From a bacterium (lineage in GTDB: Bacteria > Patescibacteriota > Patescibacteriia > Patescibacteriales > UBA12465), in contig JAJZRB010000001.1 in NCBI GenBank assembly GCA_021806615.1, positions 143,201-207,200 on the forward strand: a stretch of 64,000 nt of DNA. The letters run 5' to 3'. The notes under the pieces were generated by a model. The model worked only from the letters and a program-made list of their open reading frames with translations. It was not told the DNA's origin and made no database searches. The position numbers and the translations under genes are program-made. Every line of letters starts with the position of its first letter. Position 1 is the stretch's first letter. Below are positions 54,815-64,000 of the stretch, piece by piece.

Positions 54815-56290
54815 TTATTCGGCTTTGTTGGCGTCGGTGCCCAGAATAAGAATAAAGTCCGGTATCTCTGGCGTGGATGTCGTAGAACTGGCATTTTGGT
54901 AGCTGCTTATCCATGCCGGCCAAGAATAAGCGAGTGAAGCGTTGGTTGTTCTCTTTAAAACATCTAAAGATTTTTTCTTATTTCCGCCACTTAAGTCATA
55001 AATGGTTGTCTGGGTAAAATTTCTCTCCGGCGCATTACCGATTTTTATGATATTGAATTTAGATTGTTCTAGAGATACCGCAGTTTTCCCGGCTAAGCCC
55101 GAGATCCATGTTCCATTCAGAATTAAGATTTTAGCGCCGTCAGTAATTATTTCCGGCTGGCTCGGAATATTGATGACATTATTTGTAGAAAAAATATTCT
55201 GCACTAGTTTTTTTATTTCTGAAAAATTGCCTGATCGCGGCGTGAGGATGTAGGCCCCATCTTCCCCTGTGCCTGATATAAGCAGGCCGTCCGGAGCATC
55301 ACTCAAGACTTTGTTGATGATCTGTGAGCGATTAACATCCTTGAAGATGTCCCAGAGACGTAAAATTTCCCAAGCGCTTAGATTAGTAGAGATATTCTTA
55401 TTTAATTCATTGGCTAATTTTGTTATCATGACCGGGTTCAACAGAGTACGAGTTGAAAATAATTTATCCTTAATTGCTTCTAGGACTAATTGCTGCCGTC
55501 GCGCGCGAGCAAAATCCGAACCTTCTGATCCCGCGGCATGTCGGCTACGCGCGTATTTTAAAGCCGTCGCTCCATTCATGGTTTGTAAGCCTTTATCAAA
55601 ATGTAGGTGCTGATAACGGGCGTAATAGTTAGGATTATCTTCTTGGCCGAAGATTGGATAGGAATAATCGTCTAAGGTGTTTTCTACATTCACCTCGATT
55701 CCGCCCAGCTGGTCAATAATATTAGAAAATCCGTTGAAATCAACGCGTACGTAATAATCAATTGGTGTCTGCAATAATTCAGAAATAGCCTGAGCCGTGG
55801 CCGCTCCGCCGCTTCCTGGAGTTTTTTGTTCGGCGTAAGCGTTAATACTATTTATTTTTCGCCAATTACTGACTGGAGTGACTAAATCGCGCGGGATAGA
55901 AATCAGCGATATCTGTTTAGTCGACGGTTTGAAACTGGCCAAGATGATGGTATCTGTTAAGTAGGCCCCGTCATGCCCCTCGCCGCCCATGCCTAAGAGC
56001 AGGATATTTATTCTATCACTATCTTCCCCGTTTAGTTTATTATCGGAGCTCGGGACTAAATGCCTCAATTTATTAAAGACATTATTTTCTGTAAACCAAT
56101 TAGTCGCATTTTGGCTAGACATGATAATCCGTCCGGAAAAAACTAAGGCGATAGCAATAATCGCGATGGTGTAAGAAACGATCCGCTTTCTTTTTTTATT
56201 GTTGAGGAGCAGATCTTCGTCTTCTTGGCTGAGCACTCCCCGCCTTTCACGTTTCTCTTCCTCTTCCATTTTTTGCTTAAAGTCAATCAT
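54815..56290 (-). CDS. LytR-CpsA-Psr (LCP) family protein
   Basis: N-terminal TM helix and an LCP core (..RINILLLGMGGEGHDG..SIPRDL..). The track ORF was trimmed to Met15 (56290) because the longer form runs into tRNA-Pro. Confidence 0.85.
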   Translation of the reverse strand: MIDFKQKMEEEEKRERRGVLSQEDEDLLLNNKKRKRIVSYTIAIIAIALVFSGRIIMSSQNATNWFTENNVFNKLRHLVPSSDNKLNGEDSDRINILLLGMGGEGHDGAYLTDTIILASFKPSTKQISLISIPRDLVTPVSNWRKINSINAYAEQKTPGSGGAATAQAISELLQTPIDYYVRVDFNGFSNIIDQLGGIEVNVENTLDDYSYPIFGQEDNPNYYARYQHLHFDKGLQTMNGATALKYARSRHAAGSEGSDFARARRQQLVLEAIKDKLFSTRTLLNPVMITKLANELNKNISTNLSAWEILRLWDIFKDVNRSQIINKVLSDAPDGLLISGTGEDGAYILTPRSGNFSEIKKLVQNIFSTNNVINIPSQPEIITDGAKILILNGTWISGLAGKTAVSLEQSKFNIIKIGNAPERNFTQTTIYDLSGGNKKKSLDVLKRTTNASLAYSWPAWISSYQNASSTTSTPEIPDFILILGTDANKAE

Positions 56291-56296
56291 AAAATG

Positions 56297-56367
56297 TCGG
56301 GCTGCCGGGAATTGAACCCGGATTACACGCACCCGAAGCGTGCGTAATACCGTTATACCACAGCCCG
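56297..56367 (-). tRNA. tRNA-Pro(CGG)
   Basis: Acceptor CGGGCTG/CAGCCCG, anticodon arm CACGC-TTCGGGT-GCGTG. Confidence 0.88.
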
Positions 56368-56388
56368 TTTATTCTAAATAACAGCGTG

Positions 56389-56461
56389 TGGACTTGAGGG
56401 GACTCGAACCCCTTACCTCTGCAATGCGAATGCAGCGCTCTACCAGATGAGCTACAAGCCC
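56389..56461 (-). tRNA. tRNA-Ala(CGC)
   Basis: Acceptor GGGCTTG/CAAGTCC with G3-U70, anticodon arm CTGCA-TTCGCAT-TGCAG. Confidence 0.88.
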
Positions 56462-56475
56462 GTTTAGCTTGATTA

Positions 56476-56549
56476 TGGTCGGGGTGCCGGGAATTGAACC
56501 CGGGCTACATGCACCCCATGCATGCGTACTACCGTTATACTACACCCCG
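56476..56549 (-). tRNA. tRNA-Pro(GGG), CCA encoded
   Basis: Acceptor CGGGGTG/CACCCCG, anticodon arm CATGC-ATGGGGT-GCATG. Confidence 0.88.
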
Positions 56550-56696
56550 ATTATAAGCCTGGAGCCAGGTATGTGCAAGTCCGGCCTTTTTATAGCTAAA
56601 TTAAGAAAAAAAAGGATTATAACCCTTCGGATTTCATCTTACCAACAAGAGATTATTTTTTCAAGTCCGATTCCGACAGAATTTATATGTCATTAT

Positions 56697-56725
56697 TTGC
56701 CAAAAATTTATCCTTAACATACAAT
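56697..56725 (+). promoter_or_regulatory. candidate trpS promoter
   Basis: TTGCCA (56697-56702), 17-nt spacer, TACAAT (56720-56725). The ATG lies 7 nt further on. Confidence 0.5.
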
Positions 56726-56732
56726 TATATAT

Positions 56733-57722
56733 ATGCCAACAATAAAAACAATTTTTTCTGGTATCCAGCCGAGCGGGCGTCTTAATATTGGTAATTATAT
56801 CGGAGCTATTTCGCAATGGGTAGAAATGCAGTCTCATTATAATTGCATTTTTTCCGTAGTCGACTATCATGCTATCACCGTCAAACAGGACTCGGAAGAA
56901 TTAAGAAAAAGAATTTTAGAAGTTACTAAGATCTACTTGGCGGCTGGCATTGACCCGGAAAAATCCATTATTTTCCAACAGTCTGCTATTCCGGCTCATA
57001 CGGAATTGGCTTGGATTTTTAATTGCTATGGGACCCATATGTCTGATTTGAATAAGATGACGCAGTTTAAGGATAAATCAGGCAAGAATCAAGAGTCGGT
57101 CAGCGTTGGATTATATGATTATCCGGTTCTGATGGCGGCTGATATCTTGTTATATGATACAGATATTGTTCCAGTAGGCGAAGATCAGAAACAACATGTA
57201 GAATTAGCGCGCGATATCGCTCGCCGTTTTAACAATGAGTTTGGCGATATTTTTAAGATCCCGCAAGCGGTAGTGCGCCAGGAAGGCGCTAAGATCATGT
57301 CTCTCTTGGATCCGACTAGAAAAATGAGCAAAAGCGACGATAACCAGAATAACTGTATTGCTTTACTGGATGATGTGGCATCAGCTCAAAAAAAGATAAT
57401 TCGGGCCGTAACTGATTCCGGATCAGAAATTGTTTATGACCCTCTTCATAAGCCGGCAATCGCCAATTTATTGACTATATACGCCCAATTAGGTAATCGT
57501 CAGATTAAACGCCTGGAAAAGGATTATGCCGATAAAGGTTATGGCGATTTTAAAAAGGATTTGGCAGATATCGTCCTTAAATTTTTAACGGATTTTCAAA
57601 GTAAATATAATAAAATATCTGATAATGACGCTCGAGAAATTTTAGAAGATGGACGGAAGAAGATAGAAAAAATCGCCAATGGAAAAATGGAAAGAGTCAG
57701 AAAATCCATCGGTGTAAGATAG
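56733..57722 (+). CDS. trpS: tryptophanyl-tRNA synthetase
   Basis: 329 aa with ..GIQPSGRLNIGNYIG.. and KMSKS. Confidence 0.96.
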   Translation: MPTIKTIFSGIQPSGRLNIGNYIGAISQWVEMQSHYNCIFSVVDYHAITVKQDSEELRKRILEVTKIYLAAGIDPEKSIIFQQSAIPAHTELAWIFNCYGTHMSDLNKMTQFKDKSGKNQESVSVGLYDYPVLMAADILLYDTDIVPVGEDQKQHVELARDIARRFNNEFGDIFKIPQAVVRQEGAKIMSLLDPTRKMSKSDDNQNNCIALLDDVASAQKKIIRAVTDSGSEIVYDPLHKPAIANLLTIYAQLGNRQIKRLEKDYADKGYGDFKKDLADIVLKFLTDFQSKYNKISDNDAREILEDGRKKIEKIANGKMERVRKSIGVR

Positions 57723-57739
57723 AATATTCTATATTGACT

Positions 57740-57764
57740 AAAAAACCGCCTGAGGGCGGTTTTT
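57740..57764. terminator. bidirectional hairpin terminator (trpS / 16S)
   Basis: AAAAAACCGCC-TGAG-GGCGGTTTTT. Confidence 0.75.
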
Positions 57765-57892
57765 GTGTATCATGAGTAATGAATTTCGAGTCTAATTGGC
57801 ATCAATTCGTTGCTATCTCGCGATAGCCACTCCAGCATCATGCCGGAGGCGACTAATTCTTCTTCCACGTGGAAAGAAGAATTTTCTCCCTA

Positions 57893-59375
<1,483 letters not shown>

Positions 59376-59602
59376 TTGATTGGCTCTAATTATGAAAGCT
59401 TGCGCTTTCTATATATAGTTCCGTTTTTAAAACGGATAAAATTTTTGTTATTCGAATTGATGCCAATTAGCACCAAAATATAACCATCACCATGATTGTG
59501 CTATATGAAATTTTTAATGTTCCGAAATAGACAGAAAAAAACAAAGATATAAAAGATATCTTGTCTTTATGCTTATATTCTGTTTTATTTTTAATAACCT
59601 TA

Positions 59603-59631
59603 TTTTATACTAATAAAAAAATGCTGTCAAG
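59603..59631 (-). promoter_or_regulatory. candidate 16S rRNA promoter
   Basis: Minus-sense TTGACA (59631-59626), 17-nt spacer, TAAAAT (59608-59603). Confidence 0.55.
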
Positions 59632-59657
59632 AGCTGGTTTTTTGAATGAAATTTTGT

Positions 59658-59686
59658 TTGACTTTTCGCTATTTTTAAGCTATAAA
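59658..59686 (+). promoter_or_regulatory. candidate infC operon promoter
   Basis: TTGACT, 17-nt spacer, TATAAA. It diverges from the 16S promoter. Confidence 0.55.
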
Positions 59687-59738
59687 TATATCTAGAATTA
59701 CTAATTTACTAATCTCATAAGAAGTTCAAAACAAAACC

Positions 59739-60296
59739 ATGCGTATTAAATATCACAGAGTAGAACGCAAAGAAGAGCCGGTTTTTAAAGCTAATACCCA
59801 GATTCGGGTGCCAGAGGTGTTCTTGATTGACGAAGAAAATGAGGCTATCGGCAAGATATCAACCATTGAGGCCATACGTATGGCTGAGGAGGCCGGGCTA
59901 GATTTGGTTGAAGTAAACCCCAAAGCAGAGCCCCCGGTTGTAAAAATTGTCAATTTAGGGCAACTGAAATATGAGCGTGAAAAACAGGCCCACCGTCAAA
60001 AAATGCAACAAAAAAAGACAGAGACCAAAAATATACGTCTCTCTTTCCGCATTAGTGAGCACGATTTAAGCATGCGCGTCGCCCAAGCAGAAAAATTCTT
60101 GTTAAAAGATAATAAAATCAAAGTAGAGCTTATTTTACGTGGCCGAGAAAGGCAGCATCCGCAAAAGGCTGTAGAGATAATTAATAGCTTCGTGACCAAA
60201 CTTAAGACCTTGTCTGAATTGATTATTGAGACTGAACAGCCCTTGACAAATCAGGGCGGAAGATTTACTATTATATTGATAAATAAAAAGCAATAA
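59739..60296 (+). CDS. infC: translation initiation factor IF-3
   Basis: 185 aa with ..IRVPEVFLIDEENEAIG..EAGLDLVEVNP... Confidence 0.93.
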   Translation: MRIKYHRVERKEEPVFKANTQIRVPEVFLIDEENEAIGKISTIEAIRMAEEAGLDLVEVNPKAEPPVVKIVNLGQLKYEREKQAHRQKMQQKKTETKNIRLSFRISEHDLSMRVAQAEKFLLKDNKIKVELILRGRERQHPQKAVEIINSFVTKLKTLSELIIETEQPLTNQGGRFTIILINKKQ

Positions 60297-60340
60297 AGTT
60301 AAATCAGGTATCTGCCTGTTTTTTTAATCTGGAAATTAAT

Positions 60341-60538
60341 ATGCCAAAAATCAAGACTCATCAAGCCACTGTTAAGCGTTTTAAGAAGACGTCCAGGAAT
60401 AAATTGACGCAGCGTAAAGCCGGACAAGATCATTTTAACGCGCGAGAATCAGGCAACGCGACACGTAAAAAACGTTTAGATATTTTGACTCATAAAACTA
60501 TTGAGAAGACCATTAAACAGTTAACCCCCTATAATTAA
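60341..60538 (+). CDS. rpmI: 50S ribosomal protein L35
   Basis: 65 aa, MPKIKTHQATVKRFKKT... Confidence 0.93.
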   Translation: MPKIKTHQATVKRFKKTSRNKLTQRKAGQDHFNARESGNATRKKRLDILTHKTIEKTIKQLTPYN

Positions 60539-60562
60539 TAAGATTAATTAGAAATTGCCAAT

Positions 60563-60910
60563 ATGCCTAGAGTAAAACGCGGAATGTCCCATGTTAAAAA
60601 GAGACGCAAGATTTTGAAAGATGTCAAAGGATATAAATGGGGTCGTAAGAAATTGATAAAATTAGCAAAAACCGCCCGCACTAAAGCCGGAGCGCATGCT
60701 TATGTCGATCGTCGTAAGAAAAAGAGAACGATGCGCGGTTTGTGGCAAATAAAGATAAGCGCCTTTGTTCGAGAACATGGCCTGTCTTATTCTCGCTTTA
60801 TTGGTCTCTTGAAAGCCAATAAAATCGAAGTCGATCGAAAAATTTTGGCCGATTTGGCCGTTAATAACAAAGAAGTATTGTCCGCCATGCTTTCCAAGCT
60901 GTCTAAATAA
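60563..60910 (+). CDS. rplT: 50S ribosomal protein L20
   Basis: 115 aa, MPRVKRGMSHVKKRRKILK... Confidence 0.95.
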   Translation: MPRVKRGMSHVKKRRKILKDVKGYKWGRKKLIKLAKTARTKAGAHAYVDRRKKKRTMRGLWQIKISAFVREHGLSYSRFIGLLKANKIEVDRKILADLAVNNKEVLSAMLSKLSK

Positions 60911-60911
60911 T

Positions 60912-61133
60912 ATGCTATTTGAAATTAAAATCGCACAAGTTATCGTCGCGGTTCTCTTGATGGCTGCTATCTTGATGCAGAATAGAGGGACCGGGTTAGG
61001 CGGCGCATTTGGCGGCACGGGCGGAGTCTATCTGACTAAACGTGGCCTAGAGAAAAAGCTTTTTATTGCTACTGTAGTTTTAGCTATAATATTCATACTC
61101 TTATCTTTGGGAGTCTTCTTTATCAAAGCCTAG
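60912..61133 (+). CDS. secG: preprotein translocase subunit SecG
   Basis: 73 aa with two TM helices flanking a G-rich loop, ..LMQNRGTGLGGAFGGTGG... Confidence 0.8.
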   Translation: MLFEIKIAQVIVAVLLMAAILMQNRGTGLGGAFGGTGGVYLTKRGLEKKLFIATVVLAIIFILLSLGVFFIKA

Positions 61134-61139
61134 CTTTTT

Positions 61140-62921
61140 GTGGACTTACTTAAAACTAAAATTTCCTCTATTTATAAGCGGGTAAAATCGGTTTGGCCCT
61201 TTTTCGGTTTTTCTGATGATTCAATCGCCAAATCAGATGATTTAGACAAGAAATTAGTTTATAATCTTTCTGCCCGTAAAATTCCCAGCGGCGGGCAATT
61301 AAAGCATTTAAATAAGTTTTTAAACCCTCGGGAATTCTTGATAATAAAAATTTGTTTATTAGTCATCGTCCTGAATTTAGTTTATCTGGGTTTTGGTTTT
61401 GTCCAAAAGCATTTGCAGTATCTCCCTCTGGCTGGCGGAGAATATATTGAAGGGGTGGTCGGCTATCCTCGCACTATCAATCCTCTTTATGCTGTAAATC
61501 GCGATGTAGACAGCGATTTGAGCAGCCTAGTTTATTCCAGTCTGTTTAGATATGACCAGTACGGGCATTTAGTTAATGATTTAGCGGATAGTTTGAATAT
61601 CAGTCCTGACAGCAAGGAATATCTGGTCAAGATCAAAGATGGCGTTAAATGGCATAATGGAGGCAGGCTGACAGCCGATGATGTCTTATTTACATTTAAT
61701 CTTATCCAGAATCCTGATTATCATTCTCCTCTTCGCCAGAACCTGGCAGGCGTCAGTGCTGAAAAGATCGATGGAACGACCATTAAATTTAAATTGAGCG
61801 AGCCCTACGCTCCCTTCCCGGAACTTTTAACTTTTGGAATCCTGCCAAAAAATTTGTGGGGAGATATCAGTCCCAGTGCCGCCGTTTTATCAGATTTGAA
61901 CCTGAAGCCTATTGGTTCCGGGCCCTTTAAATTCAAATCATTAGTGAAAAATTCCAGCGGCGACTTGAAAGATTATTATTTGGTCGCTAACGATGATTAT
62001 TACGGCCAAACCCCTTATCTGAAAACCATTGATTTTAAATTTTTTGTAGATTATAACGAAGCGATCAAGGCCCTGAATGATAACCAGATATTTGGCCTGA
62101 GTTATCTGCCGTTCGATTATCGTAAAAGCTTATTAGCTAAAGATTCTTTGCGTTTGCATGAATTGATCCAGCCGCAGATCGTGTCTATATTTTTTAATAG
62201 CGATAAAAATAAGGCTTTGGCTGATAAAAATTTAAGAGTGGCTTTGGCCTCGGCTCTAGATAAAGACCAGATTATTAATGATGTTTTCGCCGGCTCTTAT
62301 CAGCGGGCAGACGGGCCGCTCCTATCGGAGAATTGGGCTTATAATGATCTCATCACTAAATATAATTATGATCCGGCAGCTGCTACCGCCGCTTTGAAAA
62401 ATAAATCATTGTCCATAGTTCTCACCGTTATTGATTCAGGCAGCAATGTGGCGGCCGCCACTAAGATAAAAAATTATTGGGAAGCCGTCGGCATCAAAGT
62501 TGATCTAAAAATCATTTCCGGAGAACAAGCCGCCAATATTATTCGAGACCGTGATTTTGAAGCTCTGTTATATGGCGAGGCCGTCGGTGGCGATCCCGAC
62601 GTCTATGCTTTCTGGCACTCCAGCCAGATAGGCGCTAAGGGATTAAATCTAGCTAATTATAATAATCCGGCCGTAGATAAGCTCTTGGTCGAAGCTAGGG
62701 GTACCGCCGATATTAATGAGCGCCTTGCCAAATATAAGAAATTTCAAGAAATTATTACGACTGATTTGCCGGCAATATTCTTATATTCACCGAGCTATAC
62801 TTATCCCCAGGAGCAGCAGCTACAGGGCTTCTCCGGCACGGTGGCGATAGAGCCGGCTGACCGTTTTGGCAGTATTAGCGATTGGTATTTGAAAACTAAG
62901 AAAAAATTAACTTGGGATTAG
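61140..62921 (+). CDS. ABC-transporter family-5 (peptide/nickel type) solute-binding protein, membrane-anchored
   Basis: 593 aa with a GTG start, an N-terminal TM helix and an SBP_bac_5-like body. No permease or ATPase genes are adjacent. Confidence 0.75.
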   Translation: MDLLKTKISSIYKRVKSVWPFFGFSDDSIAKSDDLDKKLVYNLSARKIPSGGQLKHLNKFLNPREFLIIKICLLVIVLNLVYLGFGFVQKHLQYLPLAGGEYIEGVVGYPRTINPLYAVNRDVDSDLSSLVYSSLFRYDQYGHLVNDLADSLNISPDSKEYLVKIKDGVKWHNGGRLTADDVLFTFNLIQNPDYHSPLRQNLAGVSAEKIDGTTIKFKLSEPYAPFPELLTFGILPKNLWGDISPSAAVLSDLNLKPIGSGPFKFKSLVKNSSGDLKDYYLVANDDYYGQTPYLKTIDFKFFVDYNEAIKALNDNQIFGLSYLPFDYRKSLLAKDSLRLHELIQPQIVSIFFNSDKNKALADKNLRVALASALDKDQIINDVFAGSYQRADGPLLSENWAYNDLITKYNYDPAAATAALKNKSLSIVLTVIDSGSNVAAATKIKNYWEAVGIKVDLKIISGEQAANIIRDRDFEALLYGEAVGGDPDVYAFWHSSQIGAKGLNLANYNNPAVDKLLVEARGTADINERLAKYKKFQEIITTDLPAIFLYSPSYTYPQEQQLQGFSGTVAIEPADRFGSISDWYLKTKKKLTWD

Positions 62922-62985
62922 CCCATCTTTAACGATCCGGTTCCTCCCTAGTTTATATAACTCAAAAAACTTAATAAAGAAATGT

Positions 62986-64000
62986 ATGTTTGTGAAAGAA
63001 CAAAGTCCGATTACTGACTTGCGGGAAGCAAGGCCCAGTTTTCGGAAAAATTTTTCTGCCCGCCCTGTCCGCCAACGCGACAGATCGGCTGCCCGCAATT
63101 TTTCTGCCGGGCGATTGAAAGATGAAAAAAAGGGGATGGCTTTAGCCAACCCAGTGCGACGCGGCGAAGGAAATTCTTTGCGCGTTATGGTTTTAGGCGG
63201 CCTGGAAGAAGTGGGCCGCAACATGACGGTTATCGAATACAATAAAGAGATAATCATTATTGACATGGGCTTGCAATTCCCAGAAGAGGATATGCCAGGC
63301 ATCGACTATATAATCCCCGACGCCTCTTACTTGAAAGATAAGAAGGACTGGATAAAGGGAGTCATTATCACCCATGGCCATTACGACCATATCGGAGGCA
63401 TCCCCCATATTATGGGAGAAATCGGCAATCCGCCTATGTTTATGGGTAAAATGACGGCCGGTTTAGTACGGAAACGCCAGCAAGAGCATAAAACCGCCCC
63501 AGCCTTAAAAATAAAAGAAATAGATGAGACTCATTCTCTCAAATTAGGTTCGTCTTTTCGTGTAGAATTTTTGCGAGTTAACCACTCTATTCCTGATTGT
63601 TTTGCCATAGTTGTTAAGACGGAAGTCGGGACGGTTATCCATACGGGCGATTTTAAAATTGATTTTTCTCCGGTTAATGACAAGCCGGCAGACTTGAATC
63701 GCATCGCTCAGATTGGCGCGCAGGGCGTCTTGATGCTGATGGCTGATTCGACTGACGCCACTCACCCCGGCTATCAGTTATCCGAATCTACTATCGGAGA
63801 AGAAATCGGCAAGCTAGTCGAAAAGATAGACGGCCGGATAATTATCGGCACCTTTGCTTCGCAGCTAAGCCGCGTTCAGAAGATCTTTGATTTGGCTGAA
63901 AAATATGGACGTCGCGTCAGTTTGCAAGGGAGAAGCATGAACGATAATGTGACTATCGCCCATGAAATCGGCTACCTCAAGTTCAGCCCCCATATTTTGG
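62986..64000 (+). CDS. rnj: ribonuclease J (5' part; ORF runs off the window end)
   Basis: Hand-translated open frame from the ATG at 62986 with ..VMVLGGLEEVGRNMTVIEY..IIIDMG.. and the metallo-beta-lactamase motif THGHYDHIGG. It is not in the track because no stop falls inside the window. Confidence 0.88.
   Translation, partial: MFVKEQSPITDLREARPSFRKNFSARPVRQRDRSAARNFSAGRLKDEKKGMALANPVRRGEGNSLRVMVLGGLEEVGRNMTVIEYNKEIIIIDMGLQFPEEDMPGIDYIIPDASYLKDKKDWIKGVIITHGHYDHIGGIPHIMGEIGNPPMFMGKMTAGLVRKRQQEHKTAPALKIKEIDETHSLKLGSSFRVEFLRVNHSIPDCFAIVVKTEVGTVIHTGDFKIDFSPVNDKPADLNRIAQIGAQGVLMLMADSTDATHPGYQLSESTIGEEIGKLVEKIDGRIIIGTFASQLSRVQKIFDLAEKYGRRVSLQGRSMNDNVTIAHEIGYLKFSPHIL

Noticed and set aside
54814-54894. 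27-residue N-terminal extension of der, and the 14-residue extension of the LCP gene (56291..56332)
   Set aside because: The der extension overlaps the end of the LCP gene, whereas Met28 gives the canonical G1-motif spacing. The LCP extension runs into tRNA-Pro(CGG).
56550-56578. TTGCAC-17-TATAAT promoter-like hexamers directly abutting the 5' nucleotide of tRNA-Pro(GGG)
   Set aside because: The predicted start site would fall 6-7 nt inside the mature tRNA, so it cannot be the tRNA promoter as placed. It is kept only as a caution that good hexamer pairs arise by chance in this AT-rich DNA.
56469-56870. Track ORFs 56469..56717 (+) and 56661..56870 (-)
   Set aside because: The first is translated across tRNA-Pro(GGG) and intergenic DNA. 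The second is antisense to the trpS promoter and 5' end. Neither has supporting signals.
62907-63765. Minus-strand ORFs 62907..63302, 63193..63408 and 63544..63765
   Set aside because: They are antisense to the clearly recognisable RNase J reading frame (HGHYDH motif). RNase J is absent from the track only because it has no in-window stop.

Overview
The window looks like a chromosomal segment from a small-genome, AT-leaning bacterium, most consistent with Candidate Phyla Radiation/Patescibacteria. Supporting signs are a stand-alone 16S gene with mismatches at universal primer sites, a T4SS-pilin-like small membrane protein, an orphan solute-binding protein, and Elp3/Trm9 homologs. Most of the window is dense housekeeping sequence. 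It includes the replication-origin neighbourhood (rpmH-rnpA-yidD-yidC diverging from dnaA-dnaN with DnaA-box clusters), smpB plus tmRNA, tig, hppA, nusA, recQ, folD-glyA, PBP1A, valS, pheST, topA, dprA, pth, der, trpS, infC-rpmI-rplT-secG, a partial RNase J, 9 tRNAs and one unlinked 16S rRNA. No CRISPR array, transposase or integrase was seen. The most interesting part is a visibly AT-richer accessory island (about 800-6240, all genes on the minus strand) that abuts tRNA-Gly, tRNA-Leu and tmRNA. It contains a HigB/HigA-like (Gp49/RelE plus XRE) pair heading a tightly packed six-gene operon. That operon continues through three small uncharacterised proteins, two of them membrane-anchored and one of those with a zinc ribbon, and ends in an RNxxxH (HEPN-like) protein. 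A second, divergent HEPN-like paralog follows, coupled to an unknown 228-aa protein, and then a cupin. An identical 28-bp element sits right after the stop codon of three of these units. A 27-bp imperfect direct repeat that overlaps the tRNA-Gly 3' end brackets the six-gene operon. Together these suggest serial cassette insertion at tRNA-Gly and a possibly undescribed defence/abortive-infection locus. Secondary observations are an Elp3 plus Trm9-like pair (a eukaryote/archaea-type mcm5U34 route), tRNA-Ile(UAU), a conditional-terminator leader before yhhQ, candidate leaderless valS and trpS mRNAs, and a CofE-like ligase embedded with glyA-folD. All functional calls rest on motif recognition by eye. 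No database search was run.
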